A stretch of DNA of 64,000 bases from Paramoeba atlantica. Taxonomy: Eukaryota > Protista > Discosea. The stretch lies in contig CDRNVI010000158.1 in assembly GCA_977017575.1 (NCBI GenBank), forward strand, positions 62,001-126,000, read 5' to 3'. A model generated the notes under the pieces. The model was not told the DNA's origin. It searched no databases and worked only from the letters and a program-made list of their open reading frames with translations. The position numbers and the translations under genes were made by a program. Below, in pieces: positions 1-12,017 of the stretch; the first letter of the stretch is position 1; every line of letters starts with the position of its first letter.

Positions 1-2763
1 CCTGGTGACTCATGGCACTCTGACCAGAAAGGACCCATCAATCCACAGTCAGCTCACGGAAATCGATATTCCATCCTCTTTGTTGATGAACACACTGGAT
101 ATACTGAAGTATTTCACCTCTCCTCTCTTGATCAGACCCAAGAAACCTATGAGAAACATCGGAAAAGAGTGCAAACCCTCTTTAATCGCAACATCAAACG
201 ACTGATATGTGATGGACACAGCACCTACAAATCCATGATCACCACACTCGAAAAGGAGGGAACCACTATCACTTTCCGTGCCCCTTATGACCCAAATGGT
301 AATGCATTGGCTGAGAGGACGATTAGAACAATCTTTGAAATGGCTAGAACAATGATGGTGGCATCTGGATTACCTCAAAATCGATGGGAAGAAGCTGTTG
401 ACCATGCTGTGTGGATTTGGAACAGAGTAAAGACAGTAAGACTCAACAACATCACTCCTTTTGAGGCTTATTTCAGAATGAAACCTGACCTTTGACACCT
501 CCATCCTTTTGGCTGTCTTGCACATGCCCTCATTCCCAAGGAGACAAGGAAGAAAACTTTTGATCCCATCACCCGAAGATGTGTATTTATGGGTTTCTCA
601 AAACATCATGATGCATTTCTACTCTTTGATACTGATAGAAAAAAAGAAGTTGTCTCTCGAGATGTGTTATTTTTCGATGATACATTTCCACTTGTACCAG
701 AACCCTTTTCTTCTTCCTCTCTCTCCTCTTCCTCTTCTTCCTCTTCCTCTGCTTATCCTTCTCCTTCTTCTTCTCCTTCTCCTTCTCCCTCAAAGTGTCT
801 TCTCACACCCAACATTGGAAGACACTCTCTCCGATCGTATGTCCCAAATATGGAAGCTACATCCAAATACAGCAGAATTTGCGGAACTGGGGGAGAAACT
901 TTTGATAAAGGGGATGGGGGAGCTGACAAAATGGAAACTGACCACACTCAAGATGAGCAAAACTCGGAGCAGGGGGAGAAGAAACAACACACACCAACTT
1001 GTGATGATGCTTTCAGAGGTACTCCTCCTTCCTTTTCCTCTTCTTTACATCCTCCTTCTCCCCACCATTCTATTCCACCTCGACCTTCCACTCCACCACC
1101 AGAAATCGCTCCCAAGCCTATCTCTCTCGATGCTCTCCTTATCCATGCAATGGAAAATCTTCCTGACACTCCTACAACAATTGATGAAGCTCTCTCTGGC
1201 CCCAATAAAAATGAGTGGTTGAAAGGTCTCACACAAGAGTACAAAGGAATTGATCGACTCAATGTATTTCAGAAATCAACACCTGAGGAAAGAAGAATAT
1301 TTGATACAACACAACAAAAGGTTTTTTCGAATCACAACATTCTCAAGATCAAGACAGATGAATCTGGCAACATCGCTCGATGGAAGGTTCGACTTGTTCT
1401 TCAAGGATGTCATATGAAAGAAGGGATCCATTATGATAAGACATTCTCTCCTTGTACACACCTCGAAAGTGTCCGGATGCTCGTTGCTCTTGCCTCACAA
1501 AAAGGCTGGAAACTCACCCACACTGATGTACCCAATGCCTATCTGAATGGAGAAATGGAGAAACTCGTTTTCACACACCTTCCTCTTCACTGGAACAAAA
1601 TCAATGGGGATTCTCTGGGAAAAGATGGCGATGTTGTTGTACTCCACAAAGCCCTTTATGGAGCTCCAAATGCTGGAAGAGTATGGAACATCTGTATTGA
1701 CAAATATCTCAAATCGATTGGCTATGCCCCTTCTCCAAATGAACCTGCTCTGTACCATCATTCTAATGGATCAATTATTGCTCTCTGGGTTGATGACATC
1801 TTCATTACTGGTCCCAACAATGACCACATCACAGAGACTCTCGCGCAACTCTGCAAAGAATTCCAAGTCAAAACTCTCAGACAAGTCTCTTACACACTTG
1901 GTATCTCCTTCAAAGTCTGCAAAGATGGATCCTACTTCCTCTCCCAAACTGCTATGATCGAAAGCCTCGTGAACTCTCTTGGTTTGACAAATGCTAGAAA
2001 CACAGAGTACCCACTTCCTGCTGGATATCGACCTCATAAAGGAGACTGTCCTCGGAATGCTGCTGAAATCGAAAATATGAAGGATATCCCTTACTGATCC
2101 ACCATTGACAAACTCCTGTACATTGCAATGGCCACACGTCCTGACATTCTCTACTCTGTGATCTCTCTTTCTCGATATGCCTCAAACCCAGGGATGTCTC
2201 ACTGGAAACACCTGAAACAAGTGGTAAGATATTTGAAGGGAACTAAACAGATGGGATTGCTCTACAAACCAAAAACACCCGACATCACCCTCAATGTACA
2301 CTCAGACGCCTCCTACAACTCAGATTATGACACTGGAAGATCATTCCTTGGCTATTGTATGAAACTAAATGATTGTTGCTGGGCATGGCATTCCTCTCTC
2401 TCTAAAACCGTTCCCAAGAGCACTCAACATGCCGAGATTATTGCTGGATCGAAATGTTTGGACAGCACCAGATGGGCCTTGTTCCTTCTTGAACACACTG
2501 ATGTTGACTACACTCAACCCATTCCCTTCCATACAGACAATGAAGCACAGATCAAGACAATGACAAATCCTCAGACTACAAAAGGAAGTCGACATATTCG
2601 TCTCCACTACTTTGATCTTCGTGATGCGCATGATACAAAGGTCATTTCTTTCGAATCTACCTCTACTAATGAACTGTGTGCAGACATCCTGACCAAAGCA
2701 TTAAATGGACAACCCTTTCGAAAACACAGAAGTTCTCTCTCAATCTCTGATCCACCTATTTAA
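1..2763 (+). pseudogene. copia pol (integrase-RT-RNase H) with two in-frame TGA stops
   Basis: Frame 1 throughout: integrase HSD...CDG...NALAER; RT ARWKVRLVLQG, TDVPNAYLNG, KALYG, WVDD; RNase H TRPDI, SDASY, TDNEA, SRHIRLHY, ADILTKAL. Stops at 493-495 (KPDL*HLHPFGC) and 2095-2097 (DIPY*STI). Confidence 0.93.
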
Positions 2764-3180
2764 CCTGCATTCTCTCTCTCTTCCTCATATCTGACATTTC
2801 TCATCCTGGAGGGTTTTTTGCGCCGTGCTTGTCCCGGTTTTCCCTCGCCTAAGGGCTTTCCACATTGTGGTTTTTCCCTTATCTCTTTACTCTACATCTT
2901 CTACAATGTGATTCTCAACTCTCTGCATACACCATCCATCTGGAAACCCAGTGTACAACATGACTCAAACAAACTGAACCCATGAGGCTGGAGGGAATAC
3001 TTCTACCCAAGGCCACCTGTTGATATGAAGCGCATAGAGGCATCGTCCCAGTGTCGGAGAAAGAGCTAAGGAACCATTATGTAAGACCACTCATCGATAA
3101 AGTGGCATTCCTTGTCTGGACAAAAACTCGAACAAGTCCCTCCGCACATGCGACTTCGAACATTGTTCAATCACAGGAAT

Positions 3181-3188
3181 AGGGGGAG
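3181..3188 (+). other. polypurine tract (PPT)
   Basis: AGGGGGAG immediately before TGTTG, the canonical copia PPT/LTR junction. Confidence 0.85.
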
Positions 3189-3394
3189 TGTTGAAGTCTG
3201 AATTCACTGAATATTCCTTAAGACAAACAATGTTGATCCACACCTTTAACATTCGCACCTTCACCGAACTTTCATTGAAATTGCAATGCAATTGTCACAT
3301 TGCGATTGTTGTCGCAATGCCTCTTGAACACAAATAATAAAGCATTCTTATTTTTCCCAATTCAATTGGTCTCGAGGGTTTAACGAGTCCAACA
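3189..3394 (+). repeat. 3' LTR (206 bp)
   Basis: Starts TGTTG, ends CCAACA (terminal inverted TGTTG/CAACA); AATAAA at about 3336; 8-bp hairpin CATTGCGA...TCGCAATG at 3298-3319. The partner 5' LTR is not in the window. Confidence 0.82.
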
Positions 3395-3660
3395 TGAGGG
3401 AATTCCTGAGAAACTGTCCCATCAATATGGTGTATGTATGTTTCCCAAGTGGTGCAGAAATGGAGGTAGGCTGTGGTTTTTCTCAAGATGGAGTTGAAGG
3501 CATTTACAATGTCCAGTTTAGCAACAATAATGCTGCTAAACTGGACATTGTAAATGCCTTCAACTCCATCTCGAGAAAAACCATCTTCGAAAGCACACTT
3601 CAGTTGGCCCCTCTATTCCTCCCATACCTCTACACCTTCTATTCTAAGGCAAATCCAAAG
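3395..3660 (+). mobile_element. degenerate non-LTR retrotransposon RT fragment (CRE/SLACS/R2-like)
   Basis: Translation KLDIVNAFNSISRKTIFESTLQLAPLFLPYLYTFYS matches the D-x-x-NAFNS-x-x-R...P-x-L-x-PY pattern of early-branching non-LTR RTs. Confidence 0.65.
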
Positions 3661-4297
3661 CATCCTCCCAAACACCAACCTCAAACTCAGCACAGAAAGG
3701 GAGGGAGAGGTTTGTTGGGAAGAAGGTGGGTCATGAGAAGAAAGGCGATGAGAAAGTTGTTGGATGCGAAGGGGAGCAAGAGGGGTGTAAGGAAGGGATG
3801 ATGAGATGGGTAAGATGGGGGAGGAGGCAGAGAGGTGAGGATTATTATTTTGTTCTTGTTCAATAGAATGCCACAATAATATGGCTGATCGAGTGATATT
3901 TTGGGAACCAAAAGTACTTTCACCATTCGAGAGGCTTTATCGCACCGAAGCCTTTTGTCACGTCTGGGAGGGTGGGAGTTGAAAGCAGAATTTTTGGGGG
4001 TGGGTTGGGAGAGGAGGGTTTGGATGAAGCAGGAGGTGGGTGGCGTGGTGGTGAGCGGTTGTTTACGTTTTGTTGTTTGTGGTTTTTTGTGGGGGGAAGT
4101 GGGGAGGGATTGGGAAGGGGATGATTTGGGAGGGTCCGTAGAAGTGGAAAGGTGTGAGGAAGCTTTTGGAGGAGAGCGTGGAGGTGAAGGAAGAAGTGGG
4201 TGGCAGACAGTTGTCCTGATAACGTTCAAAAAAAACAAAAAAACAAAAGAAAAAAAAGGGAAAAAAAGGGAAAAAAAGGGGAAAAAAAAAAAAAAAC

Positions 4298-4370
4298 AGC
4301 CCTCGGCGGGGCTCGAACCCGCGGCCACTAGATTAAGAGTCTAGCGCTCTACCGACTGAGCTACGAAGGC
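4298..4370 (-). tRNA. tRNA-Lys(CTT)
   Basis: Cloverleaf: acceptor GCCTTCG/CGAGGGC, anticodon arm CTAGA-CTCTTAA-TCTAG, T-loop TTCGAGC; downstream T-run. Confidence 0.95.
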
Positions 4371-4497
4371 TTGCTTGAATAATTCACTCAAATTTAGAGT
4401 TTTGATTGTTTTCACTGCCTTTTTTTTTCGTTTTTTTTTTTGCGTTTTGTCTTTTTTGTTTCTTTTCCCAGTCTTTTTCTCTTTTTGTTTGGTAAAA

Positions 4498-6794
4498 ATG
4501 AGTAATGAGAATGAGACAGAGATTGGAGAAGAAGAAGAAGAGGACATTTTGTTGGATAGTGGAGGAGGTGATCGACATCCTGCTGTCTTGGAAGCTCAGC
4601 TTCATCATTTTCAGTGTTTTGTTTTCTTTTTTTTTCTTTTTTTGTGAGAGAAGTTTTTTCTTTCTCTTTCTATTTTCTCCTCTCTCTCTCTTTCTCTCTT
4701 TTTGAAACTCAAATTTTCAATTTTCAGCTCTTTATTTACAAATTGTAAAAGAGAAAGAAGCTCAAGAATCAAACCTTAGAAGAGAGATTCGAGAAAAAGA
4801 GAGAGAGAAGAGAGTCATTCTCGCACAAAGGGATGAAACGAATCGTTTGTATCACATCTCTGAGGTTCCTTTTTCTCTCCTTTCCATTTTTCAATCTCAA
4901 AAAGAGCTCTTTTTTTGAGATTCTTTTTCTTCTCTCTCTTCTTCTCTTTTTAGGCGGAGTGGGCACAAATTGAATTTGAACTCGAAAATAAGCTTGAATC
5001 TGCGTTGAAAGAAATTTCTTCTCTCAATTCTCGGTTGTCAGGTCCTCTTTTCTTCTTCTTTTCTTTTTTAATTTTCTTTCCTGAAATTGTGAATAGAAAA
5101 GGGAATGAAAGTGAATTATTCCATTCCCAAGGTTTTTCTTTTTTTCTTTCCTTTTTTTCAAGCTTTTTGAGAAGGAAAAAAAATCTGTTTTTGAGCTCTC
5201 TCTCTCTCTCTCTTCAGAATGGAGAAATCTTTTCAAATGAAATCAAAAAACTGTCGATTCTTCGAGATCGACTAGTTTCCCTCAATCAAAAGGCTTCTTC
5301 TTTTTCTCTCTCTTCTTCTTCCTCTTCTTGTGAGCAAGAGATCGAACAATTAAAAAAAGAGAGAGAAGAATTATTGAGAGAGCGAGAGGAAAGAGAGCAG
5401 AGAGAGAGAGAGAGGGGAGTGGAGAGAGAGAAAAAGAAACTCGCCCAAAATGAGAAAATTGAGAGACTGACAAAAGAAAAAGAAGAGTTGAAGGGAGAGA
5501 TAAGCACTCTTTTAGAAAAGAAAGAAAAAGAGCAAAGAGAGAAAGAGAATACACTTCAAATAGAAATTGAAAAATTTAAGAAAGAAAGGAATGAACAAAA
5601 AGAAGAGAATGAGAAATTAAAAAGAGAGAAAGAGGAGCGAGAGGCAGAGCAAATAGAGAAAATAGAGAAAGAAGAGAATCTTCAGAAAATTGTTGAGCAA
5701 CAAAGGAAAGAGATAAAAGAGATGAAAAAAGATCTTGAAATGTTAAAAGAAAGAGAAATTAAAGAATTCAAAGAAGAAAACAAAGAGACCAAAGAAAATG
5801 AAGAAAAAGGAAGAGTAGAGCAAGAAGAAAAGGATGAAGAAAAGGAAGAAGAAAAGGAAGAAAAGAAAGAAGAAAAGGAAGAAGAAAAGAAAGAACAAAC
5901 TTCAAAAGAAGAAAAAGAAGAGGGAGAAGAAGAAGAGAGAGGAATATTAGAAAGAGAAACTTCCCAGATCGAAATCGATACATGGATCCTTCGAAACATT
6001 CAACTTGAAACAGAAATCGAAAAAATGAGATCAGGTTTTTTTTTTTGGATGTGAGTGTCACGTTATGTTTGTTTGTGTTTGTGGGGTTTGTCAAAGGTGT
6101 CAAATTTTGGGGTTCGATTTCTGTTGAGCTGATCAAGACCAATTTTTATTTCCTTTTTCCTTTCCAATTATCTTTTTCAGAATATGCTCTAGCAATGCAG
6201 GGATATCGAGAAAAAGAAGAAGAAAGCCTCTCCATTTTGGGAGAGAACGAAAAATTGAAAAGACAAATCGAATTACTTCTGAGAGAAAAAGAAGAAAAAA
6301 GCAAAGAAAACAAGAACATTCGGCAAGAGAATGACTCTCTTCTCTTTCAATTAAGGTCGAAACACAACACATCTCGTTTGAATGTTCGAAAATTATCGTT
6401 GGTTCCTGCTCCACCAGCTCGTGTTGCATCACCTCCTCGCTCTCTTCCCTCTGTTCAGTTAATGAGAGAGAAAGTGAAGAGTGAACAAAACTTAAATGCT
6501 TGGAAAGGTTTCTCTGATCCTCTGTTTGTCACCCTCTCCTTTCTAATTTTCCCTCTAGCTGAAAAATACAGAGACAGAGGGGCGAATCCCTCCTCCTCCT
6601 CATCTTCAAATGTGACGAATTTTATTGGAACAAAGAGAGGCGGCGAACTCAGAAAAGAAGAAGAAAAAGAAGAAGAGAATGGAGAGGGAGAGAGAGTAAA
6701 TGGAGAGGGAGAGAGAGTAATGATTCGTTGTTTTATTTGTTCCAAAAATGTTCCGGTTGATGCTGTCGATCGACATGTCTGTCAAAGAAAGTGA
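4498..6794 (+). CDS. multi-exon coiled-coil protein with C-terminal C2HC zinc finger (UBZ-like)
   Basis: ATG at 4498, T-rich GT-AG introns, long E/K/R-rich heptad region (5005-6054 frame), ends RCFICSKNVPVDAVDRHVCQRK*. Confidence 0.7.
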
Positions 6795-7272
6795 AGTGCA
6801 AAAAGAATAATACACACTAAATTAACTTAAAATTTTGTTTATTTTTCAGATTGGGTTTTTTGGTTTCATTTTCTTGATCCACTTGACACCCATCCTCTCT
6901 CTTTCTTTTTTTTGCTTTCTCCGAGCTCAATTCAGCATTGCCTCTGTCACCTCGGATTTGCCCTGAACTTGGTTTGTACACAGATTGTAAAAGAAGGTCA
7001 ACAAACCTTCCCACAACCAAAAAAATGAAACGAAAACGTATTCAACTTTTCCAGAATTCTTGTGGGAAAACAGAAAAATTGTCTAAAATCTGGAGACCTA
7101 AATCTAGCGCGAGTTCTTTTTCATTTTCGTTTTCGTTTGCAACAGAAAATCTGGTTGTTTCAAAGTTCCAAGGGAATTGGTTCACAGTTCTTTTTCTTTC
7201 CCAATTCACAACTCCTTTTCTCCCATTTTTCTCAAGAAGAGATTGAATTCTTTCTTTCTCTCCTTTTTTGTG

Positions 7273-9411
7273 ATGAGGGATGTGATCTTTTTCCTTTTCT
7301 TTTGTTCTTTTGGATTGAGTGGGAAGAGTTCATCCTCATCATCAAGATTGGACAAATCTCCTGCAACTGATTTGAGAGTTGCTCTTTGTTTGGTTGGAGA
7401 GATGAGGAAATTTGAACTGACAGGTTTTTCCTTTCTCTTTTTTTTTCCCTCACCCTCCTTTTCTTCTCTTTATTGATCTTTTTTCTTTTCTTTTTCTCTC
7501 TTTCAAAGTGGCGAGTTTGTTTCATCATTTAGTGAAGTACTTGGCAATTCATTCTTCAAGAGTCGATATCTTTTTCTCTTCATTTTTAAGTGAAGACTCT
7601 TTCAAAGTTTTCTTTTTTGTTTTTAGTTTCGAAAAATTGAAATTTTGTTGATTGAATTTTTAGTTAGCTTTATTGAACAAAGAACTCGAACTCCTAAAAT
7701 TAGGACTTCCTCAAGGCCGAGAAGTGAATATCCAAGGCATCAAAATGACAATCCAATATCCATATCAATCATCAAAATGTCTCTTTTCCTTTCCTTTTTT
7801 ATCTCAATTATTTTTTCGATGTTTGTATTCATTTGAATCATTTTAGATTCAAAACTTGCAGTTCCAAATTGCGCGAGTGGGAGGGACGGAATTTTTGGTC
7901 TGTATAATTTGACTCTTGGGTGTAATGAGGTTTCTTTTGAAATTCATTACAAATCTTTCCCACTTCATTATTGTTTGACCCAATTCTTTCAGATGATTTT
8001 AAGTGAAGAAAAGAAAGGGAATTTCCTCTATCACACAAGTAACATTTTCTCTCATTTCTTTCAATTGTTGGTTGCTCTTTGACTAAAATTACTGGGTTCC
8101 AAAAGTCCTCAAAACAAGACCTGACGCATTATGGTATGAAGTGCCAAAGAATCTCCCCATTCTTTTTCAAAGAAATCAAACTTGTGTTTTGATTCCAAGA
8201 AATTACAATTACAAGGGTTTGAATGACCGCTTTATGATTGGTCCGTATGTATTTTTTTATCTTTGGAAGAGAAAGGAGAAATTTCATCATTCCAAGACTC
8301 ATTTTAATTTTGGAATTTAGGAGAAATCAGATGATTCTTGCAAACAATCGATTTGAGACCCTTCAACAAGGACAAATTTCGGCTCAGTACTCCTCTTCTT
8401 TTGTTGAATTCAGATGGTTTTTTTAGCTGATTTCTCAATTTCTTACGGTTTTGTCTTCTAGGTCGAAAAACAGCGAAGTTTCGCTCAAACGAGAAATGGA
8501 AATGAACAGGATTTGTGTGACACAAATTTCGGTACTTTATTCAATCATTTCATTCCTCTCTTCCCCCTTGCTGATTCCTTCTCAAAAAAAAGTGTGAAGA
8601 ATCAAATGGCTCTGCATGCCCTGTTCCATTTTGCCTCCTTCGACTTTATCGACCGGTTTTTCTTGTCCTATCATTTGAATTATTTTTTCTTGAAACTGAT
8701 TTAAAACATTAAAATAGTCAGATGGACCAATTACAACGGAAGAAGGGATTCATCCAGTTTACGATGTATTTTGTTTGTTTTTTTTCCAGAGAAAATTGGA
8801 TATCTTTGTTGACATGACTTCTGAACAAGGGTGGGTCTTGTATGCCATGTAAAATGAGGCATTGTAAAACCATTCATGCAGAATGGAAAACTTACTTTCA
8901 ACAACAAATGACTACCTTTCACACCTTTGGACCGATCTTACATTTAAACCATCTCCTTGGGAGAATGAAACATCTCTCTGATTGCGAAAGGATCCTCAGT
9001 GTGACCCTCAGGTTTTATCTTTTTTAATTCTTTTCTTTTCAATTTACCTCATTTATTCATCGCACTTGTCCAGAGGTATTCGTTGGATTTCTGATTCAAC
9101 TTTCGGGGATGTTTGTTTATTTTGGGCAGCAGGGGTTGGTGCTTCCAACTCCTCTCTCATCCTTCCCCCAAAATTTCGAGAAGATATTCTTAAAACCTTT
9201 TCTCCATCAACCTTGCGGTTTGTTCAAAAATGAGACATGCTGTAACACATCGAAGAAATTTTGAAATATTTTCTTTTTCAGAGGTTTGCAGGCATGGACT
9301 GGTGATGAATCTTGTCTTCACTTTCCTGGGATTTTATGTTCTTTTGAGGAATTTAAACTTGTTCGGGGACGTGCTGCCAAAGTCCGACAAATTATGACAA
9401 AGAGAGAGTAG
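7273..9411 (+). CDS. secreted/type II uncharacterised protein, paralogue 1 (plant DUF7796-like, probable GT-like fold)
   Basis: Signal peptide MRDVIFFLFFCSFGLSG; exons give RVALCLVGEMRKFELTG, RVDIFFSSFLSEDSFK, KTRPDALW, GLNDRFMIG, GGSCMPC, RGLQAWTGDESC. Confidence 0.72.
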
Positions 9412-9426
9412 TAATCTACCTGAAGA

Positions 9427-11667
9427 TCATCTTTTTCGTATTTTTTTTTTGGATTTTGGGTATTTGCGAGAGTGAAAGCCATGCATGATTGGCATCTCTT
9501 CTTTTGGATTTTGTTGATCAACTGCAAGTTTGTATTCTTCAGGAGAACATACAACAGGATAACGCAAACAACGAGTTTCAAATGGTTCCCAACTTAACAA
9601 GCCTCTGTTTTCAGACCTTGAATAATGATCAAAAAGGAAAATTATTCAAAACTGAAGAGAACCTCATTGCTGCAGTAGACAATTGGTTGGACAATGTACG
9701 ATTTGAGAGAAAGATTGGGGTGGTATTCTTTGAGATTAAAGGGATGGAACTTTCAGAGGGAGCTGAGATGAGACATAAATCAAAAAAATTGACATCTGAT
9801 TGCCAATTGATTCCTCTATGAGAGGGAAAGTTAGAACAAAAAAATAAAATAAAAATAAAAATCCAAAGCTCCGAAACTGAAGAGATTGGTTGAGGATCGC
9901 GGCACATTCTGAAGTCTGATTGATATCATGCAAGAGTCGGCGCAAATGAAAAAAAGGATGAAGATAATCGCCTGTCTTTGTCATGTCAAGAAAATTTTTC
10001 ATCCATCCCAAGGGGAGTTCATCTCGATCACAGTTATTTTTACATGGTTTACAAGGACCACCCTAAAAAGATCCAAAATATGAAAATTTAATTAATGGAA
10101 CTGAAGATTTGTGGAAAGAAACAAACATCTGCAAAATTTGTTGAGTCTTTCTGATCCGGAACCTTTTCGATATGGTTGAGAAATTATGAAAAGATGGAAT
10201 GAAAAATTCAAAAAAAGAAGAACCGAACGCGCCAAACGGAATGAACAAAATGGCAAAGGACATTCCCCTCCTCCAGAACACTATCAAACCGCTGGTTAGA
10301 AACTTGAAAGAGAATCTCAAGAGAATGAAACATGAAACTGAGATTTTTTGAACACAAATATGCCGATTAAAAAGCTCGAATCTGAGTGACACCTCACTAT
10401 TGTGCGGTTTTCTGAAAAAGATTTGTTTGAGAGAGAGAGAAAAAAAGGAATTGTTTCAGAGTTTCGAAAAAAAAGAAAACACTGCTGGGGGAGTGAGAGA
10501 AAGAGATTCAAATCGATTTGTTGCATTTATCATCTGTCCTCTTCTGAAAAAGATCTCTTCTGAGATTAAATTCCTTTCTCTGAACATTCTTTTTTCTCTC
10601 CAATTCTTTTTTCTCTTCTAATTCTTTTTTCTTTTCTAATTCTTTTTGAGAAGAAAAGAAATACCGGCCCATCATGAAGCGATCGTTATATCCAGCAAAA
10701 TCATGTAATCGAGGAAGAAAAACACATTTCGATCCTATTTCAAGCTCAATCTTCAAATATTTTCAAACTTCGAACCAAAAGAGAAATTGTGACTTTGTAA
10801 ATTGATCGAGAGAGCTGGTTTTCTCAACCACAATCCATCCACCCTTGTTTTCAACACTAATAATGAAAAGAATTGAGAAAATGAAATGAAATGGAAATGA
10901 TTAAAACTCTGATTGTGAAACCTACATCATACTGGAAATTCTCTTTTTTCTCTTGTTCCAAAATTAACTGTTTGTGTGAGAGAAAAGAATATTATTTTTG
11001 GATCAGAAAACTCACACCCTTCCTTTTCTAAAATTTGTGTTCTTTCTTTGAAAAAAACCAAACCTCAGAACAAGAACTCGTCAAATTGAAAAGAGCAAAG
11101 ATCGCTTCTTCTCCTGTTTTACAATTTGGCATCAAAATATGTCGAACTTGTGAAAAAAAAGTTGAGTTTATCATGAAGAGAAAAAGAGAGACAAAAACAA
11201 GAGAAAAGGGTTATTACATGGAGAAGTGAGAGAGGGATATTGGAAGGGCATTCGAATTGTCACAACTCGTACATTGGGAATCGAAAACTGTTTCAAGAGA
11301 ACAATCTTTGTTGAAAGAGATGAGAAATAAAAGAAAAGAGTGGGAAGAGAGGGGAGAGAGAACTTTGAATGATTCATGTGTCAAAAAAGAAGAGAAGAAA
11401 ACATCAACTCTCTTTGATTGTTTGGCAACAGTCTCTAAAAAATGAGTAAAGAGACCAAAAACTGAAATAGGAGAGTAAGAGAATGGAAGAAAAGAGATGA
11501 AGAGATGAAGAGAAGAGAAGACCTGTAAACTCAAATGATCGAAGTTCACCCACCAAACAAACCGCAACAAGAGGAGGAGGAACTTTCCGAGTCCCTTTTA
11601 TCACCCGTCCTCCGTTGACAAGAAAAGGGAAAATGAAAAAGAGGAGAAAAAAGAGTCCAACTTTCAT
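9427..11667 (-). CDS. same family, paralogue 2
   Basis: MKVGLFFLLFF signal; VAVCLVGELRSFEFTG, RVDVFFSSFLTHESFK, KTRVDGLW, GYNDRFMMG, GGPCKPC, RGINWQSD, RGLLSWEP. Confidence 0.72.
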
Positions 11668-11821
11668 TTTCTCTCTCTGATGTTCATGTTGAGAAAAGGG
11701 GAGAAAAGGAGAGAGGAAAGAAGAGAGAGAGGGGTTTCTGCTGGCAAAAGCAAAAACAAAAACAAAACACAATTTTCCTTTGAAATATAAAAATCTTCAA
11801 TTTTCATTCTTTTTCAACTCA

Positions 11822-11893
11822 TCCCCGATAGTATAGTTGGCAAAATCCCCGCCTGTCACGCGGGAGTCCCGGGTTCGATTCCCGGTCGGGGAG
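11822..11893 (+). tRNA. tRNA-Asp(GTC)
   Basis: TCCCCGA/TCGGGGA acceptor, CCCGC-CTGTCAC-GCGGG anticodon arm, TTCGATT T-loop, T-run downstream; one A-A mismatch in the D stem. Confidence 0.93.
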
Positions 11894-12017
11894 GATTTTT
11901 TTATTTTTATTTTTATTTTTATTTTTATTTTTTTTTTTATTTTTTTTTTTTTCCATCCTTTCTTGTGAATTTGTTCGAAGAAAAAAATCTTGAATTTCAT
12001 TTTTCTCAAAATTTAAT

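Larger units (their letters stand above)
1..3394 (+). mobile_element. Ty1/copia LTR retrotransposon, 3' part (5' end lies outside the window)
   Basis: Integrase, then RT, then RNase H in one reading frame (copia order), followed by a polypurine tract and a TG...CA LTR. Confidence 0.95.

Noticed and set aside
493-3023. TGA (or TAA/TAG) reassigned to a sense codon
   Set aside because: Conserved host genes end in TGA, TAA and TAG at the expected positions and have no internal stops; in-frame stops are confined to the transposon and decayed DNA.
6817-7020. Minus-strand ORF with a KKRK...KKP tail resembling the ankyrin protein tail
   Set aside because: No ATG, no domain; the similarity is only compositional.
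4298-11893. U73 in tRNA-Lys and the A12-A23 mismatch in tRNA-Asp as editing sites
   Set aside because: Single tolerated deviations in otherwise canonical tRNAs; no supporting pattern.
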